DNA of 64,000 nt. It comes from Podarcis vaucheri (lineage: Eukaryota). Shown here one piece after another: positions 1-11,804 of the stretch; the stretch's first letter is position 1; each line of letters opens with the position of its first letter. The position numbers and the translations under genes are program-made. Below the pieces are notes generated by a model. That model made no database searches, was not told where the DNA came from, and saw only the letters and a list, made by a program, of their open reading frames with translations. The stretch lies in the NCBI GenBank assembly GCA_965113315.1, contig OZ220373.1; one strand, given 5' to 3'.

Positions 1-310
1 GAGTTTGAGGCTTTCCCTTGACTTGGGGGAGGGGTAATCTGAGGACTGCTCCAGAGCACGGACAGTGTCATCCTTTAATATGTGGTTACTCAAAAATGAC
101 TGAGTTTAATGGGGTGTTAATAATAATTATAGTTATTATTTTATTTTGCCCAGCCTTCACCTGAAGGTCCCAGAGCAGGTTACAATTAAAACACGATGTT
201 TTAATTGGGGGGGGGGGAGAGAGAGGCTGGTTCCCAACAATCGTGTACATGATCTTAATTTTCACAAGTCAGGTTAAAGAGGTCCAAAATAAAGCTGCAT
301 ACTCACTATA

Positions 311-527
311 CAGTGGTACCTTGGATTACATGCGCTTCGGGTTACAGACTCCGCTAACCCAGAAATAGTACCTGGGTTAAGAACTTTGCTTCAGGATGAG
401 AACAGAAATCGTGCTCTGGCGGCAGTGGGAGGCCCCATTAGCTAAAATGGTGCTTCAGGTTAAGAACAGTTTCAGGTTAAGAATGGACTTCCAGAACAAA
501 TTAAGTTCTTAACCCAAGGTACCACTG
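311..527. mobile_element. Tc1/mariner (Tigger/pogo-like) MITE, main family
   Basis: TIR CAGTGGTACC(T)...GGTACCACTG, TA on both sides. Confidence 0.85.
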
Positions 528-673
528 TATATTTAAAACACCCGCTCCAAGAACCTTGGGAATTGTAGTTCACTCCTCACAGAACTATACTTCCCGGTAA
601 CTTTAACAAATTTGCAGCAACAGGTCCCAATAAATATATACTATGCATATTTATAACTCAGAGCAACACTTTA

Positions 674-902
674 CAGTGGTAACTCAGGTTAAGTAGTTAA
701 TTCGTTCCAGATGTCTGTTCCTAACCTGAAACTGTTCTTAACCTGAAGCACCACTTTATCTAATGGGGCCTCCTGCTGCTTCCACCGCGCTGCTGGAGCA
801 TGATTTCTGTTCTCCTCCTGAAGCAAAGTTCTTAACCTGAAGCACTATTTCTGGGTTAACTGAGTCTGTAACCTGAAGCGTATGTAACCTGAGATACCAC
901 TG
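674..902. mobile_element. Same MITE family, opposite orientation to 311-527
   Basis: TIRs, TA TSD. Confidence 0.85.
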
Positions 903-904
903 TA

Positions 905-1000
905 TAAGTCTGATGACATGGACTATAGTCCATAAAAGTTTATAGCATAATTTGTTTGTCTTTTACCGTATCGCAGAACTTTCTTGTTTTGCTGCAAAAC
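905..1000 (+). mobile_element. Degenerate Penelope-like terminal fragment with decayed hammerhead motif
   Basis: CTGATGA-c-ATGGACT/AGTCCAT-AAAAG, followed by a tail resembling reptile Penelope ends (recalled). Confidence 0.45.
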
Positions 1001-2104
1001 CTTTGCTGCAAATCTTTACCATGTTTACTCAGACTTTAACCCCCATTGATTTCAGTGGGCTTTACTTCCAAGAAAGCAGGTTTGGATTATATAGCTATAG
1101 GATTGTGGTTAGAACTGTAGTTTATCCCTAAGAGAGAAAGAGTTCCCAGCGACTTTTAACAAACTACAATTCCCATAATTTGTTGATAGAAGCCATGTCC
1201 CTTAAATCTATTATGTGGTATTTGTCCTGAGAGTAATAATGCATATAGCATTGGGCCACACAGCGGCAGTCCTTAGGCACACTGTCTTGAGAGTAACTCC
1301 CATTGGAAATGAAAATTCATTTGGAGTAAAGGCAGCACTCCTGCACATACTTACATGTGAGTAAGCCACATTGAACTGTGATTTACTTCCAAGTAAGCAT
1401 TGTTTGCTATAGCTCCTAAAGGCACTACTTCCTTGAATGCAAAAGTTGTTTAGAGTCAACATGGTTAGGGTGGGACTGTTAAGATTGTGGTCTTTCTGGT
1501 GTAGTTCTGATTGATAGGTGGCAAACATTCAACAGGTGGAGCTCTCCCTTACTATTGCCCAGGAAAAGGCTGCATCGGTTGAATTTCCATGTGCTTCACA
1601 GATAGAGGAGCCCTGTCAGACAAAAAAGGTGGCAGCGCTGTGCTTAGCAACAGAAGCTTTATTTAGGAGCAGAGGTGAGTTGGGAAGATCAGCTGGAGTG
1701 TTGGCGAGATCAGGGAACATTTGCAGGTGCTAATTAACTCCAGTTTTCAAGTTGCTTGTTACACACAAAACATTTTCAGACGCAGTAGATTGTGGGAAGA
1801 AGAGGTGCTGTGCTCTGAAGGAAGAATGGTTTCTGGCAAGGGTATGCAGTTAAGAGAAACCAGAAGCCTGTGATTTTCACAATTGCTTATCCCAGAATAA
1901 AAAGAGAAAAAGTCTTTTTAAAAAAACCATGCCGACCTTACTAGCCAGGTGGCCAAATGCAAAAGAGCAAATGATTCCATCCCACCCCTTTTAAAATTCT
2001 GGAAGAAACACAATTTGAACCAGTCTAGCTTCTCAGGCAAGGCTCATAAAAGCTGCCCTTGCTTATTTTTCCTCTTTTTCAATCATATTTAGTGTATTTT
2101 TTTT

Positions 2105-2305
2105 AATCCCACCCACCTTTCCTCCAAGCATGAAGTAGCACACATAGTTCTCCTCTACATGTTAACCTCACAATAACCCTGTGAGGTACAATGGCCTGTG
2201 AGATGAGCAGCAAAGGTCTGCCCGTGAATGCCATGGCTGAGTGGAGATTTGAATCCAGGGCTCCCTGGTCGTTGTTTGAGACTCTTAACTGCTACATAAC
2301 CACCC
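2105..2305 (-). mobile_element. Old tRNA/CORE-type SINE; similar remnants near 35975-36075 and 48160-48385
   Basis: cacaataaccctgtgaggta core and ggatttgaacc-like B-box complement. Confidence 0.5.
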
Positions 2306-2309
2306 CCAT

Positions 2310-2878
2310 CGTTCAGCCCGGACATTGAGGTCCGGCGCTGAGGGCCTTCTGGTGGTTCCCTCACTGCGAGAAGCCAAGTTACAGGGAACCAGGCAGAGGG
2401 CCTTCTCGGTAGTGGCACCCGCCCTGTGGAACGCCCTCCCACCAGATGTCAAAGAGGAAAAAAACTACAGTGGTACCTCTGGATGTGAACGGGATCCATT
2501 CCCGGAGCCCCATACGCACCCTGAAGAGAACGCAACCGTGTCTGTGCGTGCGCAGGTCGCGATTCGCCGCTTCTGCGCATGTGCATGATGTCATTTTGAG
2601 CATCTGTGCATGCACGAGTGGCGAAACCCAGAAGTAATGTATTCCGTTACTTCCGGGTCGCCACGGAGTGCGACCCAAAAACGCTCAGCCTGAAGCAACT
2701 TTAACCCAAGGTATGACTGTACCAGACTTTTAGAAGACACCTGAAGGCAGCCCTGTTTAGGGAAGCTTTTAATGCTTAATAGGTTATTGTATTTTAATAT
2801 TCTGTTGGAAGCCACCCAGAGTGGCTGGGGAAACCCAGCCAGATGGGCGGGGTATAAATAATAAATTATTATTATTTA
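2310..2878 (+). mobile_element. L2-like LINE 3' fragment interrupted by a MITE
   Basis: AFSVVAPALWNALP...TFRRHLKAALF and tail ...gatgggcggggtataaataataa; the same tail recurs at 27270-27385 (-) and about 33010-33215. Confidence 0.7.
2468..2719. mobile_element. MITE subfamily CAGTGGTACCTC...GGTATGACTG
   Basis: TIRs, TA TSD, inserted inside the L2 fragment. Confidence 0.85.
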
Positions 2879-3257
2879 CTTAACAAAAGTATTTAATAAC
2901 TGAGGGGGGTGGGAGCGTTCTTAATTTAAGAGCACGAGAAGAGTTTGCTGGAGCCGACAAGTGAGCTGCCTCGTTCTGGATCTGGTTCTCGCAGTGGCCA
3001 ACCAGATGCCCGTGGTTAATCCCAAAAGCAGAGTCTGAGCATAACAGCAGTCTCCCCGCCTGTGATGCCCAGCCACTGGTATTCCAAAGCATTACTGCCT
3101 CTAGCAATGTGGTAAATCACAGTCATCAGCTTTAGCAGCCAACGACAGTCTCATCCTGCACAAATTTGTCTAATCCTCTTTGAAAGCCATCCTCATTCGT
3201 GGCCGTCTCCTGTGGAAGTGAGTTCCAGAGTTTAACACTGCAGGATGAAGACCTGTA

Positions 3258-3483
3258 CAGTGGTACCTCTGCTTACAAACGCTTCAGGTTACACACTCTG
3301 CTAACCCAGAAGTAGTACCTCAAGTTAAGAACTTTGCTTCAGGATGAGAACAGAAATCGTGCGGTGGTGGCACAGCGGCAGTGAGAGGCCCCATTAGCTA
3401 AAGTGGTACCTCAGGTTAAGAACAGTTTCAGGTTAAGAACGGACCTCCAGAATGAATGAAGTTCTTAACCCGAGGTACCACTG
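3258..3483. mobile_element. Main-family MITE
   Basis: TIRs, TA TSD. Confidence 0.85.
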
Positions 3484-3668
3484 TAAAGTGCCCAGATGTC
3501 CCCCCCTTCCCCCCCTTTTAAGTAAAAGCTGAAAACTTTGCGATGGTGAAGTTTCGTCTTGAGAAATGGTAGCTCCTGAATAGATAGAAGTATTTTTAAG
3601 GCTGCCTTTCGTGGCATAAAACCCTCACAAAGCAGCTCACGAGACGTCAAAATATAAAACGATTGTGC

Positions 3669-3707
<39 letters not shown>

Positions 3708-3756
3708 GGTTTTGGTGTCTTCGGGTGTCTTCCCGTGTAAGAATCGGGGTGTCTGT

Positions 3757-3794
3757 GCGACGTTTCGACGAGGTCTCACTCGTCATCTTCAGGC
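3757..3794 (-). ncRNA. Minimal hammerhead ribozyme motif, copy 1
   Basis: GC-CUGAAGA-U-GACGAG(UGAGAC)CUCGUC-GAAA-CGUC-GC. Confidence 0.65.
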
Positions 3795-3987
3795 TGGTGC
3801 TTTCGGCTTCTTGTTACTGGAAACGTCGCACAGACACCCCGATTCTTACACGGGAAGACACCCGAAGACACCAAAACCTGCATTCCTGTACCCGTGAAAA
3901 TCTACGAAAGCATATATATATATATATATATATATGCAGGTTTTGGTGTCTTCGGGTGTCTTCCCGTGTAAGAGTCGGGGTGTCTGT

Positions 3988-4025
3988 GCGACGTTTCGAC
4001 GAGGTCTCACTCGTCATCTTCAGGC
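3988..4025 (-). ncRNA. Minimal hammerhead ribozyme motif, copy 2
   Basis: Identical core, 231 nt from copy 1. Confidence 0.65.
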
Positions 4026-5029
4026 TGGTGCTTTCGGCTTCTTGTTACTGGAACAGAGCAGAGTCTGGTGTTTGAGTTCCTATAAATACTGTTGAGGGGT
4101 GTGGTGTATAGCCTCCAACGTTCTGGGCAGAGAGGAAGTTCCTAGATTAGTGTGCCTTTTCTTCTTTTGTTCCTTAATTACTTGAGGGATATCTTGGGTG
4201 ATTTCATGAGTGATATTCTGAATACCACTGGGTGGGTCATTAAGTGTAGATTAGTTGCTAAAGCTTTCGTGTCTTGACCTCTTGAGCTTGTGAAGAGTTT
4301 TTCTGAGAAGATGGCTGTGCTGCATTTAGTTGTGCTCTGGCTTGGCTTCGTGTATAGGGGCGAGCTGTGGTTTTGTGCCTTGTGCCAGCCAGATCTGTGT
4401 AGGGATTTTCTCATATATATATATATGAGAAAAAGCAGCTCACGAGACATCAAAATATAAAACGATTGTGCGCATATATATATACATATGAGAAAACAAC
4501 TGTTCAAAGCACCACAAGCTGACAGCAGATAAAATGATTAAAGTCTGTATTTGCAAGTACCGGTAAACCACCCACCACTGGAACATGGAAATTACAGGAG
4601 CATTTCTTATGCAAAGTTTGCAACGAGAGGCATTGCAATCCACAACGTGTCAGATGCTGTTGGCACAGAATGAAGACTCCACCTGTTCTCCCGGTTTGCC
4701 TGGCCTGACAAGAGTTACTAAAAATACGGCTGAACAATGAGGAAGGTCGGATAGGACAATCGCCTAGTTTGTTTCCAGGTTATGACAGTAAGAATGCATA
4801 CAAGAGGAAGTCCCAAGCGCACAAACACACCCTCTCTGTTGCCGATAACTCAACCTCAGGAGGAATGCTTCCAAAGAGGGGTCAGCAACTAGAAGCCCTC
4901 AAGACTAATCCGTCCTCCCACAAGGGATGGGCACTTCACTTTACCACATTGCCAGCCCAGAAGCCAAAGAGGGTTCTGTAGTAAGTGCTGTCCTTTTCCA
5001 TCAGAAGTTGTCTGCAGAAAGGTGAAGTA

Positions 5030-5271
5030 CAGTGGTACCTCGGGTTAAGTACTTAATTCGTTCCAGAGGTCCGTTCTTAACCTGAAACTGTTCTTAACCT
5101 GAAGCACCACTTTAGCTAATGCGGCCTCCCACTGCCGTCGCGCCACCAGAGCACGATTTCTGTTCTCATCCTGAAGCAAAGTTCTTAACCCGAGGTACTA
5201 TTTCTGGGTTAGCGGAGTCTGTAACCTGAAGCGTCTGTAACCTGAAGCGTATGTAACCCGAGGTACCACTG
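5030..5271. mobile_element. Main-family MITE
   Basis: Perfect TIR CAGTGGTACCTCGGGTTA, TA TSD. Confidence 0.9.
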
Positions 5272-5910
5272 TAAAAGGGTGTTAAGGCAAGTTCCCATGA
5301 CCCACCACACAGCTACCCCCAGGTAATCTTGTTCCTGATCAGGCCACTAATATTTTGCTAGCTAAGGGCAGGGAGGCAGATTTCACATGGCTGTAAGCGA
5401 ATAAGGGGTTTGGTGGCAAACAGCCTGCAAGCTGTGCTTTACTCCTACTTCGTGTGTGTATGCATGTGTGAACAGGGGGCAAATAAAGGTCAGAAAGCTG
5501 CTTGCATACCAGTGTCTAAGAGACTGAACTATGAGTCAGGATGTTCCTTGCTGCAAAAGGCCCGATCCTACCCTAAACCAGCGACAGTCTGAAAGCACCC
5601 CTAGACAATCACAACAGGCTAACATGAAGCTAATTTATGAAGACACAGACTGCTGGAATGCTCTGGCCGGCAGCATCTCACAGCAGCCCAGGTTGGATAT
5701 TTAACATTATGAGATGGCAGAATGGACTGCACAAATCAAACTGCAAGGGAAGAGACCATTTTTATTGGTCCCTTGAGTAAAAACAACTAGAAGCAGAAAA
5801 CGAGCCATTTGGGAGAAGCAATTTGCTCTCCCTGCTGTCTCTACACTATTTTATCTTTTACAGCATTTGTAAATTTGATCCGCAACTGCATCGGAACTGT
5901 TCATTCTACC

Positions 5911-6294
5911 AGAACTTTGTAGCCCAAAAAATGGAAATTACCAACAATAGAGGAGTGGCAGACGAAGATGGTTGATTATGTGGAACTAGCAAAACTGACC
6001 TGTACGATCCAAAATCAGGAGGAAACAAAATTCCAAAAAGATTGGAGTAAATTTATGGAGTACATAAAATAATAGCTGTAGAAATTTGAAGACTCTGAAA
6101 TAAATCTTACGATGTAGACAGGATTGGATACAATAAGAAACTGTGGAAAAGTAACTGACATAAGAAAACCTGTTGAAGGGAGGGAAGGAAGTCAAGAGTG
6201 TGGGGAAAGAATGTGGGTAAATGACTGTTGAATTTTACTGTATTTTGTTTGTATTAAATGAAACACCAATAAAAAGCATTTACAAAAAAAAAAA
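5911..6294 (+). mobile_element. 5'-truncated L1-clade LINE
   Basis: ORF2 C-terminus WKLPTIEEWQTKM..LAKLT..FQKDWSKFMEYIK*, AATAAA, poly(A); perfect 18-bp TSD GGAACTGTTCATTCTACC at 5893-5910 and 6295-6312. Confidence 0.85.
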
Positions 6295-7550
6295 GGAACT
6301 GTTCATTCTACCCTGAATCAGGAGTCTACCACCCCATTCTTCTGCATGTTAGATCCAGCCTCAAGCTACGATCTTTCCTGCTGCCTGATCTTTTCCGTTG
6401 CCTGAGCCAGGGATTAAATCTGGGCGGTTGTCTGCCTGCAAAGGATGTGCTTGTCACTAGATTGAAATGCTTTTGCCCAGTCCCTGGAAAATGTCCAAGA
6501 TAATCCATGTAAGCCCCAAAGGACCTCTAAGCCAGAACTCAGAAGAAAGATTGAATACTTCTTCCAAAATCACCTCTGCTTCCTTTCCCTTTCCAACCAT
6601 CGCTTTCTTACCTCCTTTGGCAGAGATGTTTCTTTGAAGAGCGTTCTTTCCACTGTAGAAAAGGTATTCCATATTAAATCCATGAGCCTTTCTGTCCTCT
6701 TTTCCTTTCTGTCTCTCCTGCACCCAAGAAGGTTGCCTTGCTGTAATGCGCGACTGAGTGTAAGGAACAGACCTGAATGAAACTGGGTGTCCTGGGAGGA
6801 TTCACCCGCAAGCATCATATTACAGCAAGGAAGTCTGTGGAGCAAGACTATGGAGGTGGGGAAAACACCAGCAGGAAGGTGTACTTTCCTGGAAAGTGTC
6901 TCCAGGAAGCTGCACAATTATTGGATTAGTGACATCCCTAAATCCAGGTGCAACGTGGGGATGAACACACAAAATGATACCATGGTGGTGGCTGTTATCC
7001 CTCTGCTTGAAGAGACAATGGAGTGTGCCTCCAGGGGTGAAGACAAACCGTTGGTTTAACAGCACCAAAGTGACCTCCCTGGGTTAAAAAAAAGTAAAGG
7101 ACCCCTTTATGGTTTAGTCCAGTCAAAGGACTATGGGGTGCAGCGTTAATCTTGCTTCAAGGCCAAGATTAGACCTGTTTAGACCACAGTTTCACTCACG
7201 TCCCTGGGACACAAGCCTGGGCAGTGGCTATGGAGGTTCTGGGTTCCCCAGATGAGAAGACCCCCTCTTGGCCATGCTGATGTGGTCCAAAGGAAAGCAG
7301 AAGAAGACTTTTGGCACCAGCTTGGCCACAGGAGTTGCCAGAAGAGAACAAGGCACCATACAACTGTCTCAGGGACTCCACTCCAGATTCGCGTAGGGTT
7401 TACTCCTTAGCTTTTTCTTCTTCCAAAGATATCCCACAAGGCAGTGGAGGTTTAGCAGGGGCAAAACTAGGCTTTCTTTCACCCAGGGCAAAGACCCAGT
7501 TTGGCACACACAAACCCATGCTCATTTGCATACATACACGCACAGGCTGG

Positions 7551-8319
7551 TGTTAGGATATTGATGTTCCGTTCCACCTAAACAGATGTGTAGAGCTGTT
7601 GTATGTCTGTTTAAATTCCAGCACAGCTTGCTGGGAAGTTCCATTTGTGAATAGCTTTTGCTTTATGCTTCTTGCTCTTGGACATGAAAGAGAGCAGACA
7701 TGTTTTCTTTGTCCTGATCTATGCTGAATAAACTGCTTGTAAATATGCTTTATGGGATGCGGGTGGCGCTGTGGGTTAAACCACAGAAGCTAGGACTTGC
7801 CGATTAGAAGGTCGGCGGTTCGAATCCCCTCAACGGTGTGAGCTCCCGTTGCTCGGACCCTGCTGCTGCCAACCTAGCAATTCAAAAGCACGTCAAAGTG
7901 CAAGTAGATAAATAGGTACCGCTCCAGCGGGAAGGTAAACGGCGTTTCTGTGCGCTGCTCTGGTTCGCCAGAAGTGGCTTAGTCATGCTGGCCACATGAC
8001 CCGGAAGCTGTACGCTGACTCCCTCGGCCAATAAAGCAAGATGAGCACTGCAACCCCAGAGTCGGCCACGACTGGACCTAATGGTCAGGGGTCCCTTTAC
8101 CTTTAAATATGCTTTACATACGCCTCTGTCCGCCCTTCCGTCGCGAAGTTTTGTTATTTCTGCTGGCTTGCGTGCTCAGCTTCTGAAAGGCTTCTGAAGC
8201 TCTGAGTCACATTTTTTGATGCAGAACTGAGGACTGGAGTTCGACAGGCTGCCGGCCGGTGGGCTGGAGCCAGCTAGGAGTCTGCCAATTGCCCCCGTTC
8301 CCTTGGACGCATCGCAACA
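7551..8319 (+). mobile_element. Solo LTR (about 405 bp without the nested SINE)
   Basis: TGTT...AACA ends, 5-bp TSD GCTGG/GTTGG (one mismatch), AATAAA at 7727-7732. Confidence 0.65.
7754..8103 (+). mobile_element. Sauria SINE (Squam1), full length
   Basis: tRNA-like head (GGTGGCGCTGTGGG, GGTTCGAATCC), (ACCTTT)n tail, 13-bp TSD TAAATATGCTTTA. Confidence 0.92.
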
Positions 8320-8825
8320 GTTGGGAACCTTAATGGCGCCCCTCTGGAGGCTCTGTCGGGGCAAAAAAAAAACCCCCCGCTAGCCCCCCGTAGGTACAGC
8401 ACTGGTTTAGGACCAGAATTTTCCTTCTCCAGGTTGACGAGTCCCAGGTGCCCCTCACTACAGCACGTGCAGAAACCGCCTTCTTAACTGCTGGACCCAC
8501 TATTGGTCTCGTCTGTTCAATCCACCAGAGCCTGTCTTCACATGCAGGTGAAGTCCTTAACTCACAGAGGATTTGAGACCCATCGGCTACCCTCACCTGG
8601 TTTAGCCAGCCAGTCAGAGCCATTCCTGGGGTGCAGCCGCTGTTTCATGCTGACAGCTTCTAGAAGTCACAGGTGAGAGCCGAGTGCATGGTAGGGACCA
8701 AAGGTGGACAAACTACCCCAGAAGGAGCGCATCATGTCCCTCACCAGAGGTACTACTACTCCCCTAACACCCCATGGCATGGCAAAGCAGTTGTTTTTCT
8801 CTTAACACCAGGAGCAACTCCACAG

Positions 8826-9047
8826 TAGTGGTACCTTGGTTTAAGAACAGTCCGGTTTAAGAATGATTTGGTTTACAAATTCTGCAAAACCGGAAAGTGT
8901 CCTGGTTTGAGAACTTTACCTTGGTATAAGAACGGAATCAGAACGGTAGAAGGGCACCGGCGGCGGGAGGCCTCATTAGTGAAAGCGCACCTCGGTTTAA
9001 GAACGGACTTCTGGAACAGATTAAGTTTGTAAACCGAGGTACCACTG
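8826..9047. mobile_element. Related MITE (GTGGTACCTYGGTTTA subfamily)
   Basis: TIR-like ends, TA. Confidence 0.75.
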
Positions 9048-9553
9048 TACAATGAAATGTTTTATTTGGCCCCGTGCGGGGAGGGGGATACCTACCCCCT
9101 CTTCCAACAAGATCCAAGGGTTAGTGGACGACGCTTTGGGTCAATCACATATCTGCGATCTGAACCCTCAGTGTTGGCTTAAAATATATTACAATGTATG
9201 AAGTCAGGGGTTTCAAAAAGGGAGCTGGAAATGTGTGCTCTGGTTGTGCAAGCCACAGCACAGGTGAACAAGATGGAGCACTGGCCTTCCGTCACATACG
9301 CGACTTCTGATGGAAGAGGGAAAAGCCATGGGCTAGGAAGGAAACTTTGACTGCTGGGAAATGGAATGTACGTGTCAGGTTTCTTTGCAGGGTGGATGAA
9401 CTCTGGGGCTTTTCCATGTGTGACTCCTCTAATCTTGTGCCTCTTGATCATCTCCAAAGTTGCTCAAACTGGAGACCTTAAAGCCATTATTTGACTCTCA
9501 CATACCCAATACACCGTGCACACATGCTGAGAGGTATGGATTTAATCTCTAGG

Positions 9554-9850
9554 CAGGGGTTCCCAAAACATGGCTCACAGGCTTCATTCACCTGGTCTGC
9601 AGTGTGCCATTGGATTTGTGGCTTGAGAGGGAATATCTATCACCTTAAATACTCTTAAATTGTAATTGTATTGCTTCTTTTATTTCTTATATTGCATCTG
9701 ATATTGAATGTTATGGAATTGTAAAACAATAAAATACAATTACAAATCATCTAGCAATGACTAGGACAGAAAAATCACTAGGTGGTCCGTAAAGACCTTT
9801 AGCAATTTTCAAGTGGTCCATGGGGTGAGGAGAACGTCTAGTCACCATTG
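9554..9850. mobile_element. Degenerate hAT non-autonomous element
   Basis: CAGGGGTTCCCAAA left end, CTCTA(A)GG-like flanks. Confidence 0.5.
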
Positions 9851-9874
9851 CTCTAAGGCCTCATTTGCACATTA

Positions 9875-10083
9875 CAGTAGTACCTCGGGTTAAGTACTTA
9901 ATTTGTTCCGGAGGTCCGTTCTTAACCTGAAGCACCACTTTAGCTAATGGGGCCTCCTGCTGCTGCCACGCCACTGGAGCACGATTTCTGTTCTCATCCT
10001 GAAGCAAAGTTCTTAACCCGAGGTAATATTTCTGGGTTAGCGGAGTCTGAAACCTGAAGCGTCTGTAACCTGAGGTACCACTG
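9875..10083. mobile_element. Main-family MITE
   Basis: TIRs, TA TSD. Confidence 0.85.
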
Positions 10084-11804
10084 TACTGGCAGAGGGCTGT
10101 TGCATGGGAGATTCAAAACTCTTCTGGTCACGTTGTTGGCGAGTAGGGGAGACTGCTGTCTTAGAACAAGTGTGGGGAACCTGTGGCCCTAGATACATGG
10201 GTGAACTGCAATTTCCATTATCCTATGCTGACTGAGGTTGATGGGAGTTGGGGGTACAGCAACACCAGGATGCAAAAGGTTGCCCATCACTGACTTATGA
10301 GTTCCCATAGCAGCACATTCCCAGAAAGGCAGGGAGGCTAAGCAAGAAGATCTAGAGTGAGCATGGCAATCATTTATGGTCAGGAAACTCACAGGTCCAG
10401 AGTCATGACCTTCCCATTGCCTAGTGCTCTCCAGTTTTGAACTTTGTAATTCCCACCATTCCTGACCATTGGCTACAGTACCTAGGATTGATGGGAGTTG
10501 TAGCCCAAAATACCTAGAATGCATCTGGTTGGGTAAAGTCAAAATAGGAAAAAGGTTGAATTGCGGGGTGTTAAGGAATAGGAAAGGCTAGAAAGAGGTG
10601 GTGAAGGAGGAAACAAGTTCTGAGGGAGTATATTATCTAAGTTCTAGGAAAGGGCTGGGTGCTATGAACTACAAGGCAGTGGAGAAGGACAGCAGCTTGG
10701 GAAGCTGGGCAGTTGGTTTCAAGGAGTCAAATGAGCACAGCAAAAGCAGCAGGCATGTTCATGTAACACAATGCTTTCATGTATTTTATTGCACAGCGCC
10801 CTAGGGTTTATTTTCTGTACATGTGCTGCCCTCTACTGGTCCATACATTTAATGTACTGGTTCTGCTGGCTAGGGGTGATGGAAATTGTAGTCCAAAACA
10901 GCTGGAGGCCAAAGTTTGTGAAACTCTGTTCCAGAGTCAAAGGAAAAGCACCTCCCAGTCAAACAAGCCGTGTAATCCTAAATGTGCAAACTGGAGAACG
11001 ACGTCTCTCCCCCACCCTCCAGCTAAGGGCAGTTTTAGGTGCTTGAAAACATGCCAGAAAGTGTTGGATGTGATGTCTCATTGAGGGATGAAGTTAGAAG
11101 CAAAGTTTCAAGGTGCAGTAGATGCCACCAACCTGTTTGCACATAGGCCTGAATACACACATAGGAAAAAATATAGCTGTGTTGAGATGTTTGTGCACCT
11201 ATGTGTTTTAGAGAAGTAGCTTGTGTTTCTTTCCAATACTTCCTCCCCCCCTACAAGGCCAAAACATTTCTAAAAGGGGTGAGACTAGTTTTCTGGCAAT
11301 GTGTCGGCAGGCAATGTGCTTCCTGGAGGCTGATGTGCCACCTAAGATGGTTCCTTCATGAATGGACTGTCTCTGATTAGTGGTGTGGACAATGAAATGA
11401 AGAAAAGGCTGTTCAAAACTTGTGGTTTTGGCCACCTGAGTAAACCCCTTTTAGAACAGGGCAGGGCTACAGTTTGGCCTGTAGAAGCAGCTTGTACAAT
11501 GGATTAAAACTCTGCTGCCCATTTTGAAGCTACCCAAACCCACCTTCCCATCCTACTATTCCAACCATCTAACCCCCCTCAGATCTTTAGCACTAATTTT
11601 ACATGTGTAGCAAAACCACATTATCAACCCCAGGTTAGAAAGTCTGAGCAGTACGGCAAAGAGGCAAAGCAACTCTCCCACATGTGTGTTTAAGGGCAAA
11701 CAGCCTTTAAAAGAAAGCTTTTGTTCTTTAATTGATAGTGTGCAATGTTTGCACTGAGTCTTAAAAGTATTACCCTAACGAAAAATCAGTATGGTTTGCA
11801 AGAT

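Larger units (their letters stand above)
3704..4412 (-). mobile_element. Penelope-like element 3' region / pseudo-LTRs, partly tandem and inverted, within a (TA)n microsatellite
   Basis: Tandem copies start at 3704 and 3935, inverted copy at 3820-3882, hammerhead cores CTGAAGA..GAAAC on the - strand, (TA)n borders. Confidence 0.75.
7197..8765 (-). mobile_element. Probable RTE-type retroelement 5'-region remnant hosting a solo LTR (boundaries approximate)
   Basis: Resembles RTE 5' UTR sequence from memory; appears split by the LTR at 7551-8319. Confidence 0.35.

Noticed and set aside
3465-4075. ORFs containing YIYIYI runs
   Set aside because: Translations of (TA)n microsatellites and Penelope repeats.
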